From NCBI RefSeq assembly GCF_032444005.1, contig NC_091288.1, positions 197,284,001 through 197,348,000 of the forward strand: a DNA stretch of 64,000 bases. The letters run 5' to 3'. Below are positions 48,704-60,145 of this stretch, piece after piece (within the stretch, counting starts at the first letter, position 1; each line of letters starts with the position of its first letter). A model generated the notes under the pieces. That model was not told where the DNA came from. It ran no database searches and worked only from the letters and a program-made list of their open reading frames with translations. This DNA comes from Ranitomeya imitator (taxonomy: Eukaryota). Position numbers and translations under genes: made by a program.

Positions 48704-50074
48704 ACTTGCAGCCTAGACAGACCAATAGGAATCTGTCTTCTATTGTTTAACCCCTTATGTCTTGCACTTTTATTTATTGCTCCCTCCCCCCCAGGTGTAA
48801 CACTTTTTTTATTTTATTTATTTTTTTGCCAGACGAGTTGTAGTTGTGAATGGCGCCATTCATTTCACCATATGGAAAATACGGAAAAAAAAATAATAAT
48901 AAAAATCTGGCATTGTTTTTTTGTTTTTATTTTTTTAGGATTTTTACGGGGGTCGCTGTGATCTGGAAATATGAGTGTCCAGGTCTGTACGATTGCGGTG
49001 TGTTTTTTATTTTTTTTCCCCCTCCTGTAAGGCTGTGTGCACACGGAGTTCTGCAGATCCAGCGCAATGGACGGCATTTATAGAAATCTTGCAGTCGCTT
49101 TTTTTTTTTTTTATGCAGCGTAAACTGACCTGCGATGCGAGTTTCAAATCCGCAGCGTGTCCATTTCTCTTACAAGTCTGCTGATTTTGACTGTATCAAT
49201 AAAGTTTTGTCAAGGCCAAATATCAGAAAGTATCAAAAACAAAGCAGCTTTATTTAAAGCAAGGCACCCAAACAGCAATGGCAAAAAACGTGTTTAACCC
49301 CTTCCTGCCAACGGAGGACGGGATAGTACGTCCGAGGGCAGAATCCGGCGGTGAGCCCGCATCAAAGCCGGGACATGTCAGCTGTTTTGAACAGCTGGCT
49401 TGTGCCCTCAATAGGCGCAGGTGGAATCGCGATCCGCCCGCGCCTATTAACTAGTTTAATGCCGCTGACAAACTGACAGCGGCATTTAACAAGTGCTTCC
49501 GGCCATGTGGCTGGAAATGTGCGCACCGGTGACCCCTGTCACGTGATTGTGGGTCATCGGTGCGTCGGCATAACAACTAGAGGTCTCCTGCAGACCTCTA
49601 TGGTTGTTGATGCCGGATTGCTGTGAGCACCACCCTGTGGTCCGCACTCATAGCAATGCTGTAATTCTACTACATAGGGGCGATCTGAGCAACGCCTCTA
49701 TGTAGCAGAGGCGATCGAGTTGTGCCAGCTTCTAACCTCTCATGGAGACTATTGAAGCATGGCACAAGTAAAAATGTTTTAAAGAATATAAGTTTAAATC
49801 ACCCCCCTTTCGCCCAATCTACTATATAATTGTCTAAGGGTCACTTCCGTCTGTCCTTCTTTCTGTCACGGATATTCATTGGTCGAGGCCTCTGTCTGTC
49901 ATGGAATCCAAGTCGCGCCAGCTGCCTGTCATGGCTGCCACGACCAATCAGCGACGGCCAGAGTCTGGAAGAAAATGGCCGCTCCTTCCTACCCGCAGTC
50001 AGTGCCCGGCGCCCGCATACTCCCCTCCGGTCAGCGCTCACACAGGGTTAATGGCAGCGTTGACTGCGGTGTAA

Positions 50075-50371
50075 GGCTACGTTCACACTAGCGTTGCGCT
50101 GCCCTGCGTCGGCGACGCAACGCGCGACGCACGGAAAAACGCGCGCAAAAACGCGCGCGTTTTGCGACGCGTGCGTCGTTTTTTGCCGAAATTGGACGCA
50201 AGAAAAATGCAACTTGTAGCGTTTACTTGCGTCCGACGCTAGCGTCTAAAACGACGCACGTGTCGGAAAACGCGTGCAAAAAGACGCACGCGTCCCCTAT
50301 GTTAAACATAGGGGCGCGTCGCCGCTGCGTCGCCGACGCAACAGCGACGCGACGCTAATGTGAACGTAGCC
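50075..50371. mobile_element. Harbinger-type MITE nested in the Helitron
   Basis: TIR GGCTACGTTCACA; flanks TAA/TTA; related to the element at 13585. Confidence 0.8.
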
Positions 50372-50764
50372 TTACGCACTCGGTTAACGCTGCTATTGAC
50401 CCTGTGTGACCAACTTTTTACTATTCATGCTGCCTATGCAGCATGAATAGTAAAAAGATCTAATGTTAAAAATAATTTAAAAAAAATTAAAAATAGTTAT
50501 ATACTCTCCCTCCGGTGGCCTCCCGGATCGAAGCGGTTACCGACGCTCCTCGTGACGCCCCGGTGACCGCTCCATGCATTGCAGTCTCGTGAGACCGTTA
50601 CGTCATCATCTCGCGAGACCGCAATGCACTCTTCAGACCGTAGCGCGCGAGGAGCATCGGTAACCGCTTCGATCCGGGGGGGCCACCGGAGGGAGAGTAT
50701 ATAACTGTTTTTAATTTTAATTCTTTTTTTTAACAGGGATATGGTGCCCACAGTGCTATAGACT

Positions 50765-51170
50765 GCGTGGGCTGTGCAGTATACAGCGTGGGCTGTGCAG
50801 TATACAGCGTGGGCTGTGCAGTATACAGCGTGGGCTGTGCAGTATACAGCGTGGGCTGTGCAGTATACAGCGTGGGCTGTGCAGTATACAGCGTGGGCTG
50901 TGCAGTATACAGCGTGGGCTGTGCAGTATACAGCGTGGGCTGTGCAGTATACAGCGTGGGCTGTGCAGTATACAGCGTGGGCTGTGCAGTATACAGCGTG
51001 GGCTGTGCAGTATACAGCGTGGGCTGTGCAGTATACAGCGTGGGCTGTGCAGTATACAGCGTGGGCTGTGCAGTATACAGCGTGGGCTGTGCAGTATACA
51101 GCGTGGGCTGTGCAGTATACAGCGTGGGCTGTGCAGTATACAGCGTGGGCTGTGCAGTATACAGCGTGGG
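50765..51170. repeat. Perfect 21-bp tandem array (GCGTGGGCTGTGCAGTATACA), about 19 copies
   Basis: No variant units seen; lies inside the Helitron 3' part. Confidence 0.97.
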
Positions 51171-51265
51171 CATGCATATTCTAGAATACCCGATGCATTA
51201 GAATCGGGCCACCATCTAGTTCAAAATAAAACAAGCAAAAAAAATCAAATAAAAAAAATATAAAA

Positions 51266-51322
51266 ATAATCTTTATTTTTATATAGCGCCAACATATTCC
51301 GCAGCGCTTTACAGGTTGCACA
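51266..51322 (-). mobile_element. L2-like LINE extreme 3' end fragment
   Basis: Minus strand TGTAAAGCGCTGCGGAATATGTTGGCGCTATATAAAAATAAAGATTATT parallels the L2 3' stem-loop at 2952-3000. Confidence 0.55.
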
Positions 51323-52179
51323 CATTTATACAGATATTTGGTATTGCCGTGTTCAGAATCGCCCGATCTATCAATAAAAAAAGTGGATTAACCTGATCGC
51401 TAAACGGCGTAGCGAGAAAAAAAAATTAGAAACGCCAGAATTACCTTTTTTTTTGGCCGCCGACATTGCATTAAAATGCAATAGCGTGCGATCAAAAGAA
51501 CACATCTGCACAAAAGTCGTATCATTAAAAACGTCAGCTCGGCGCGCAAAAAATAAGCCCTCACCCAACACTGTGGGATTGCACTTTTTTTGCAATTTCA
51601 CCGCACTTGGATTTTTTTTCTCTCGTTTTCGACCACACGACATGGTAAAACCAATGGTGTTGTTCAGAAGTACAACTCGTCCCGCCAAAAATAAGCCCTC
51701 ACATGGCCATATTGACGGAAAACTAAAAAAGTTATGGCTCTGGGAAGGAGGGGAGCGAAAAACGCAACACTGGAAAAAAGCTCAGGTCATTAAGGGGTTA
51801 AAAAAAACCTGGAAAATGCTCGTAACCTAATCTACTTAACAGACACAGAAAATCTACAACATCAAGAGTAGGTGCAGACAGTCGGTAAACGAAGCGGGTT
51901 GGACGCTGCGTAATTGTGCTGCATCCAACTCGCAGCAGCCAGTGAAAAACTGCAACGTTCGAACGTGGCGTAATAGTGAAGAAAAATCTTGTCCCCATAT
52001 ATATATTTTTCTACATTAATGGAGCCAAGGGAAGGTTTGTTTTGTGAGATGCGTTGGTTCACGGATGGGGAGAAGAGGGTTGATTCTATCTATATACCCT
52101 TTTTTTTCTCTCCTTTTTTATTTTTTTTTTTGTCCACATGGGGAGCTTTGAACCTGTGATCACTTGTCGCATATCCTAA

Positions 52180-52460
52180 GTGACTGCAGACTCGTGAGTT
52201 CTCACAGCGCGTGCACTGCACACTTGTCAGGATTCTCCTCTGTCCGTGCTAGGGGCAAAGGTCACGTGACCACAGTTATCGATATGTATACGCTCTGCTG
52301 GATGGATACAGCCTCGCTCCATGCGATGTAGTTGGATTGTGGCTGGGAGTATGCATATTGCATGTGTACGGTCATGTGACTGTCATTCCTAGTGCGGACA
52401 CAGGAGAATCCTGACAGTGTGCAGTGCATGCGGTGCGAGAGTTCACAAATTTGCAGTCAC
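52180..52460. mobile_element. Palindromic MITE relic sharing the motif of the 47-bp satellite
   Basis: Arms GTGACTGCA..TGCACACTTGTCAGGATTCTCC / GGAGAATCCTGACAGTGTGCA..TGCAGTCAC. Confidence 0.65.
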
Positions 52461-53719
52461 ACTGCCAAGCAGATGTGCAAAGATGGATCCTCATGGACCC
52501 AATATGAGATTCCCTTTGTTCTTCACTAAATGTTACTGTTGTAGAAGATTATGGAGGGAGCGGAGTGCGTCTACCCCTTGTTTTTGGGGCTCTCTGCATA
52601 CACACTCCCATTGATCAGAATGTCTGACATGTCAATAGTTTTTCAATACGTGCAGTAGTAGCTGTAGATTGAAACAAAGCCACATGTGTAGATCGGGCGG
52701 TTCTTCTGTGGCTTTGCCATATGGTGGATACACCCTGAAGGACAGCCGAGAATACTGATAACCGGCTCTTGCGGAAGTCTAGTAACTACTACAAAGCTAA
52801 TCATCCACCAGGGCTTGTAACGCGACCCTCTCTCCCTCCAATGTACTGAGGGATGATGGGCTTTGTAGTACCTCAGGACCTGCAGCTGCCGCCGGGGACC
52901 ACCGGAGAGGGCTGTGTGTTGATGATAACCTTGGTTTGCCAGCGCAGCACATATGTGCGTGTTCCCAGCGGGTGCAGATTACAGCACAGAGGCGGTGTAA
53001 CATGCCCTCCATATAAATACAGCTCGTTCTATACAGAGACTGTTACGTCTGATGCCGGGAGACATTATAATTCCAGAGTTTGTGTATATGTCAGGCTGTA
53101 CCGGGTCCCGTCCTGCTGGGCTCCGCCGTCCTCTGCATGACTGACATGTAATGTGATATGTCCTTTATCTGGCTGTTTGCCGGCAGCGTGACTCAGTATT
53201 ATCAGCTGATGGCACTGGGGGCTGCGTCCCCTCATGACCAGTTAGTCTGATATTGCAATTCTGCTATGTTCATGTGAATGGGCTGCCAGGTTGGCAGTGC
53301 TACTGTGCTGGAGAAAGGCCACTGTGCTGGAGAAAGGCCAGAGAGGTCACTGCTGTTTACTTTGCAGTGTGACCACTCCGGAATAACCTTATGATATTTC
53401 CTATTAATAATCCATGAAGCTTTGCAACACTGTTTATTTCACTGGCAGTGAGCATTTTCTGTGCCATGCATAAAAGGGGGGGGGGGGTAAATAAATGTAG
53501 TTGTTTTTCTATATAACCAAAGAGGCTGTAAGACCCTCGTCTGCATTATGTCAAGGGAGCAGGAATCGCTCGGACAGGCTGCATTTTACCACCTCTGTCA
53601 GTGACTAGGCCTGTCCCTTTTTCTTCCGTTGCACATAGAGATGAGGGATGGATCCTTTTAGGTAATCGCTTTCTGACATATGGAAGTAATTTGTTTTTTT
53701 TTAATCGTTATTTCCCTAG

Positions 53720-53912
53720 AATTACTCGATGATATCCTAAAAGATCGCCCTCAGGAAGCAGACGGTATCGACTCCGTGGTCGTAGTGGATAACGTACCAC
53801 AGGTTGGACCCGACCGCCTGGAGAAACTGAAAAATGTGATCAATAAAATTTTCTCCAAGTTTGGGAAAATTACCAACGAGTATTATCCAGACGTGGATGG
53901 GACTACTAAAGG
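53720..53912 (+). CDS. EIF3B: EIF3B exon 2 (RRM)
   Basis: [55 protein letters not shown]; 193 nt. Confidence 0.97.
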
Positions 53913-54322
53913 GTGCGTATCGGTGTCCAAAAAAAAAAAAAAAATGGCCATGCTGGAGGAATCCACATAATGGGAGTCTGTTAGAACTAAACAACTGATC
54001 AAACCAAGCTCAGACACTCGGTTCACCCTTGATGTGGCTGAACGGTTAAGTGCATCTTCCCACTCGCCTTTTCCTTGATTGACAGCTTTGGCCGTACAAG
54101 AGCGCAATAAGTGTGGAGATCAAGAAGATGGAAAGCTGCACTGAGCTGTTAGTGGTGCACCGAGCGCCTATGCTTGGTTTGAACAGTCATTTTGTGCTGT
54201 CACTCCTTTTAACGGAGATGTTCTTTGCAGTCCGGTGCCTGAAGATAAGTTGTTGCGCTTGGTTTCCAGACATCAGTAGCTTCCAGAAGTTCATCTTCTC
54301 TTTTGTTTTTGCTGCACCCTAG

Positions 54323-54442
54323 GTACATTTTCCTGGAGTACGCACTACCAGCTCACGCTCAGGACGCCGTGAAGAACGCGGATGGATACAAGCTGGACAA
54401 ACAGCACACTTTTCGAGTGAACATCTTTACAGATTTTGACAA
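54323..54442 (+). CDS. EIF3B: EIF3B exon 3
   Basis: [39 protein letters not shown]; 120 nt. Confidence 0.97.
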
Positions 54443-54517
54443 GTAAGTTCAATCAGATGTGATACGACGCTTTCTTTGCAGTAGGAAGACATAACTAACC
54501 TGTTTACGCTTTTACAG

Positions 54518-54575
54518 ATATATGATCATTGGTGATGAATGGGAAGTCCCTGAAAAGCAGCCATTTAAAGACTTT
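54518..54575 (+). CDS. EIF3B: EIF3B exon 4
   Basis: YMIIGDEWEVPEKQPFKDF; 58 nt. Confidence 0.95.
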
Positions 54576-54758
54576 GTAAGTGTATATCATGTTTTCCTGG
54601 AGGGACAAGTACATGGCTTTCTTTATGGGTGTAACGCTGCCTGTTATTACGTAAGAGTTTGACGTTGGCAGCGTGAATGATATGGGCTGAGTTTTGTGCG
54701 TGTGTCTACGCCACTATAATTGCATGTCTTGCCTAGCTTGTTCTTTTTTCTCTTCTAG

Positions 54759-54887
54759 GGTAACCTCCGATCTTGGCTTGAAGATGCAGACTGCAGGGAT
54801 CAGTTCAGTGTTATATTCGAGTCAGGTGATAGGACGACTATCTTCTGGAACGATGTGAAAGAGCCAGTTCCAGTGGAGGAGAGAGCT
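54759..54887 (+). CDS. EIF3B: EIF3B exon 5
   Basis: [43 protein letters not shown]; 129 nt. Confidence 0.96.
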
Positions 54888-55547
54888 GTACGTGGTTCAG
54901 TGGCATCATGGGGAGCCGTAGTGCTCTGGCAGTGGAGCCGTAGTGCTCTGGCTCGCTCACATCCTTTTAATTCTGCATGTAGCCCCCTGTTTTCTCTGCA
55001 GTATATTCAGATTTGTTGCAGACACTTGTGACTTTTTTTATTAATCTGGATGGGATTTGGAAAAAAGTCCATGCTTTTGATACAGAAACAAACTCATTTA
55101 CATAATTTTCAACCCAAATTTAGTTGCAACAGATACGTTGTTATTGGTCTTATCTACATCCTAATATGTATTAGTAAACCATCTCAACAGACGGACAACT
55201 TTTTGAAACCAGACACGGACGGCTCTTGTTAGTTTGAGAGGAGTCTGTCAGCGCAAACTGTTCAAACCAAGCACAGGCACTCTGCACCTTTGGTATAGTC
55301 AATATAGTTCAGTGTGTACCTCCCCACCTACTTGTTTTCTTAATTATCTCTGCCATCCTTTTGTTTAACAGCTCTAAGACTGAAAAGGACAGAGATAGAT
55401 GAAGAACAAGTAGGTGGGAAGGTGCGCTGAACCGTTTGGCCACACTGAGGGTGCACCAAGCACAATATTTAGTCTCCTGTTTGGCTATTTATTCTTTTTA
55501 GATAAAAATTAAGGTTGAGATCTTTTGTTTTTTTCTTTTGTTTTTAG

Positions 55548-55705
55548 CGATGGACTGAAACATATGTGCGTTGGTCTCCAAGAGGCACTTACCTGGCCAC
55601 TTTCCATCAGAGAGGAATTGCCCTTTGGGGTGGGGAGAAATTCAAGCAGATCCAGAGGTTCAGCCATCAAGGAGTACAGCTCATTGACTTTTCTCCATGT
55701 GAAAG
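55548..55705 (+). CDS. EIF3B: EIF3B exon 6
   Basis: [52 protein letters not shown]; 158 nt. Confidence 0.97.
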
Positions 55706-56086
55706 GTAGGTATGTTTGGTATTAGTTTAAAGGGGAACCTGTCATTAAACTACGGGCAGCATAAATGGGACATTGGCTTTGCGATTGCAATCAGGTCTGA
55801 TTTTTCTAAAACATTGCTGTGCGCAAATTAACTTATGCTGCAATTGCGCAGCCAGTGTCTTATCCTTGCATCATCTGACAGGTTCGCTTTATAAAATGGT
55901 TCTTTATTGGGGGACACAGGAAACCAAATATTAGATGTTTGGCCTTCAGCCGATCTGTTTGGAAAGGCCATGACATTGCAGTCTCATCGTTGTTTATGTT
56001 GCGGCTCCACAAACTATTGAATTGTCCTGTTCATGTTTTTTTATTTATTTTTTTTATAGCTAAAATGTTCCTTTATTTTCTCGTAG

Positions 56087-56218
56087 GTATCTTGTTACAT
56101 TTAGCCCTCTTATGGACACTAAGGACGACCCTCAAGCCATTATCATCTGGGACACATTGACTGGACAGAAGAAGAGAGGATTCCACTGTGAGAGCTCAGC
56201 GCACTGGCCAATCTTTAA
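56087..56218 (+). CDS. EIF3B: EIF3B exon 7
   Basis: [43 protein letters not shown]; 132 nt. Confidence 0.97.
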
Positions 56219-56309
56219 GTATGTGAAGTAATCCTATATGTTTTTTTTTTTTTTTTTATCCTACCATTGACTTGTTGCACGTTCCTGAGCATCTTTCACC
56301 TTTCTGCAG

Positions 56310-56376
56310 GTGGAGTCACGATGGCAAGTTCTTCGCTAGAATGACTCCAGACACGCTCAGTATTTATGAAACTCCT
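56310..56376 (+). CDS. EIF3B: EIF3B exon 8
   Basis: [22 protein letters not shown]; 67 nt. Confidence 0.96.
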
Positions 56377-58136
56377 GTAAGTATTTCTGTGATTTTTCAT
56401 TCATTAATATATTTGTTAGAGCATAGAAGGCGATCTGTAGAGAGTGTTAGGAAAATGCTTCTTCACTTAGGGTCAATTCACACTGTGTTGCAATATACTT
56501 TGGGAGGATTTCCCCCGAATATGCCTCTGTGTTGGCATGGGGTTGACTCTTATGTTAAAGAAAGGGGAAATGTATACTTCTTTTGCTGGATGTCTCCATA
56601 CAGACTGCACTATTCCTAACTTCTATATATGTTTATGATGAAGTGTTGCAAACCCTCATAGGTTAGATATCCTTTGCAAATAAGAAAGATGGATATAAAG
56701 AAAAACTACATACAGTGTTTCTTCAAAAACAAGACTGGATCATATATAATTATTGTTTGCTCTGAAAGATGCGCTAGGGCTTATTGTCAGGGGATGGCTT
56801 GTATTTCACAAGCAACGATCCCCAAAAGAAATATATTAACAAAATTTAGTTGAAATACAATTTATTGAAAAATGCTAATTTAAAATCTAAATATATTAAT
56901 TAGCCAGTAGATGGCGCCACATAACAAATAAATAGGGAAAGTATGGAAATATAAATGACTGTAGTAACAGTGGAGTAGTCATCAAATGAGACCTACAAAT
57001 TCGAGAAATAATTTTACCTAACATGTATATGACAAATAGATGTGGTATCAATTCCTTTTGGAAACTGTAGGTCTTTATTATTTATGTGGGTCCATCTACT
57101 TAATATATTTATATTTTAATTTGCATTTTTCCATAAATTGTAATTTAAGCAAAATTTTGTGTTAATCCTATGACTGATTCAGTTGTATATCTTCTTATCT
57201 GCTCTGTTGTTCTCGTGGTGCAAAACCACATATACCAGTCTCATAGTGGTGGGTACATACCGTATTTATTATGGATTAAATTACCTACTTAAATCTACAA
57301 TTATTACGCTCTATGTATTTGGACTGACTGCTAAAATCGATTTACCCCCCCCCCCCCCCCAAAAGACTCGCACTCACTAGACCCCAAACATTTATGGTAG
57401 GGTTTTAAAGGGGTTAGTGTCACTGTCGGGTCCCCCTGATAGCAGGTGGCTCCCCCTAGTGACCGGATGCACAAACAACGCGCGTTAGCAGAGCGGAGTC
57501 ATACTGGTATCCGATCTGTGTATGGGAGCTGTAGTGCAATCAGCTGGAACGGTGAGGGACCTGACAGTGACGCAGATCTCTGTGCGAGAGTCCATCCACC
57601 ATGGGCACTTGTCAACTCTAAATTGTTTGGGGTCTGGTGAGTGCGATTCTTTAGGGGCTGTCTGTTTTCTCTGAAGGATCCTCCTGCATGCTTTAACTTT
57701 TTTTTTTTAGCTACTTGGACATATTCTTATTGAATCACAACTACGGCTTATTTTTGGAGTAGGGCTTATATTTTAAACATACTTCAAAAAGCCTAAAGGA
57801 TAATGCTAGGTCTTCACTCAATCCCCTGTTTCTACAGAGATATAGTCTCTATTTCCTGCAATGATTGGCTGCAGCGGTACATCACGTGACCTCTGTAGGA
57901 AGTAAGCAGTGACTTGCGCGGAGCAGCAGGAGGGGTTTGATAGTACAGCAGCTTTGGATATTACTGAATTAATGGAGGATAATAGCTGATCTCCTGTATC
58001 CGGCAGCAGCCGTTCTGATACCGTCGGTGCTGCCAATGCCGATCTTTGGGGTGGTGGATCTGCACCAGTAAGATAATGATGACCAATTCAATGGGTCTTT
58101 TATGCTTTGACATCTTTTTTTCTTTCTTCCTTTTAG

Positions 58137-58183
58137 TCCATGGGCCTTTTGGATAAGAAGAGTCTGAAGATTACAGGGATAAA
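58137..58183 (+). CDS. EIF3B: EIF3B exon 9
   Basis: SMGLLDKKSLKITGI; 47 nt. Confidence 0.95.
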
Positions 58184-58293
58184 GTGAGTGAAAAGCTGTT
58201 ACTTCGGTCAGCTTTGTGGGGTTTACAGAATGTATCGGCCTGAAAAAAAGGCGTTATGTGTACATGCCCTTACAGTTCCTTTTCTCTGTTCAG

Positions 58294-58504
58294 AGACTTC
58301 TCATGGTCCCCGGGCGGTAACATCATAGCATTCTGGGTCCCTGAAGATAAAGACATCCCAGCCAGAGTGACGCTAATGCAGCTGCCATCCAGACAGGAGA
58401 TCCGAGTCAGAAACTTGTTCAATGTGGTCGACTGCAAGTTGCATTGGCAGAAGAATGGCGACTATCTGTGTGTGAAGGTGGACCGGACTCCTAAGGGCAC
58501 GCAG
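58294..58504 (+). CDS. EIF3B: EIF3B exon 10
   Basis: [49 protein letters not shown]; 211 nt. Confidence 0.97.
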
Positions 58505-58580
58505 GTAGGCTCCTGTCTGGGCGTGCGCTGCTAACGAGTAGTTTTGTGACACTGCTTAGTAGTCTTTATCTCGCACATAG

Positions 58581-58653
58581 GGTGTTGTGACCAATTTTGA
58601 GATCTTCAGAATGAGAGAGAAGCAAGTTCCAGTCGACGTAGTTGAAATGAAAG
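58581..58653 (+). CDS. EIF3B: EIF3B exon 11
   Basis: [24 protein letters not shown]; 73 nt. Confidence 0.96.
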
Positions 58654-58801
58654 GTAAGCCATCCCCTTGGAAATAAGTTCTTGTGCTGCCTAATGGTGTC
58701 ACGAGAGTTTTTATTGCTTGTATTGGCTCAGACCAGAGTCTTTAAAGGGCTATTCCCATCGTAGACATTTGTCATGTCTTGGCCACTTGAATGATGAAAA
58801 G

Positions 58802-58984
58802 CAGAGGTGTCAAACTGCATTCCTCGAGGGCCGCAAACAGGTCATGTTTTCAGGATTTCCTTGTGTTGCACAAGTGATAATTTAATCACCTGCACAGAAT
58901 GATTCCATCACCTGTGCAATACTAAGGAAATCCTGAAAACATGACCTGTTTGCAGCCCTCGAGGAATGCAGTTTGACACCTCTG
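58802..58984. mobile_element. hAT (Charlie-type) MITE (183 bp)
   Basis: TIR CAGAGGTGTCAAACTGCATTCCTCGAGGG; perfect 8-bp TSD ATGAAAAG. Confidence 0.92.
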
Positions 58985-59831
58985 ATGAAAAGGCTTCTAA
59001 TATGTTGCTTCCTCCAGCTCCATTCACTTGCGTGGGAGTTGTTAAGTGTCGGGGCACAGAGGTCAAAACAGTGCCAGTTTTGGGCTTAATTAGGAAAATT
59101 ATAAACGTGCATAGCAGGACTTTTTTGCAATGGTAATATATGGGTGATTTATTCCACTATATGCCCGTACAGTGGTATACAGTGCAGCCATCCACCGAAG
59201 GAATAAGATATACCTCCGACGTAGGCGATGAACAGAGCCCAATTTTGGACATCTGCAAAGTAATACTGAAAAGCTGCAAAGACAGCGTCCACGGGGTATT
59301 CTCATATTTATAGCATTTCCCATTGAACCGCATGTAGAAATGGCATGTTGCTCCTTCTTTACATAGATGACCGTGGCAGGCAGGACCCCTTTTGCCATTT
59401 TTAGATTCAGGTCCCCTTGGTGCGGCCCTCAGGTATCGCTTGTGTGGATGTGCAATACGTGATCGAGATGAACACTCCTTTATACCTGGATGGATTTGTA
59501 GCTTTTTTAGTAGTTGTCCAAAGCTGGCGATAGTAGAGCCCCCATAAACATTAGTTAGCTGTTGGCCAAATGACTGATCGGTGGCCCGCTGTCGATGGCT
59601 CTTGGAAATCAGCAATGCCGAATCTCTCTCACCGTCATATGGGGAGATTCGGGAGGTCCCAATACACATTAGACCGACGGCCTGTATTTGCAGGTTCGGC
59701 CGAGTTTGGTCTGTTAATAGTCACTGTGAGTTTTCCCAATATGAGGGCAGTGCTGTAAATAAGCATTATGGCTTTGTGCAGCAGTAGCTGTGATCTCGTG
59801 CATATAAATGTACACATCTTCTATTCTGCAG

Positions 59832-59954
59832 ATGGAATCATCGCCTTTGCTTGGGAGCCCAATGGGAGCAAGTTTGCTGTGCTTCATGGAGAAGTTCCTC
59901 GGATATCGGTCTCATTCTACCATGTCAAGAACAATGGAAAAATTGAATTGATAA
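59832..59954 (+). CDS. EIF3B: EIF3B exon 12
   Basis: [41 protein letters not shown]; 123 nt. Confidence 0.96.
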
Positions 59955-60066
59955 GTGAGTTCACATCATTACTTGCAGTGTTTATTGATAAAATAAAACA
60001 CATTTTTTTATCTGATTTTTATCACCTGTACTACATTCTTATTTATTCTTCATTTTTTCTTTTCAG

Positions 60067-60145
60067 AGATGTATGACAAGCAGCAAGCTAATACGATCTT
60101 CTGGAGTCCACAGGGTCAGTTCTTGGTCCTTGCAGGTTTACGAAG
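60067..60145 (+). CDS. EIF3B: EIF3B exon 13 (gene continues beyond the window)
   Basis: [25 protein letters not shown]; 79 nt. Confidence 0.96.

Larger units (their letters stand above)
49818..51219 (+). mobile_element. Non-autonomous Helitron (1402 bp), same termini as 6103-6489
   Basis: A|TCTACTATATAATTGTCTAAGG ... CCCGATGCATTAGAATCGGGCCACCATCTAG|T. Confidence 0.87.
49298..51797. mobile_element. piggyBac-type non-autonomous element hosting nested insertions
   Basis: TTAA|CCCCTT ... AAGGGG|TTAA termini; the sequence around the Helitron rejoins as CGCCCAA|TTCAAAATAAAAC. Confidence 0.65.

Noticed and set aside
50497-51201. Long ORFs on both strands (TAHAVYC, QPTLYTA repeats)
   Set aside because: Artefacts of a stop-free 21-bp tandem repeat.
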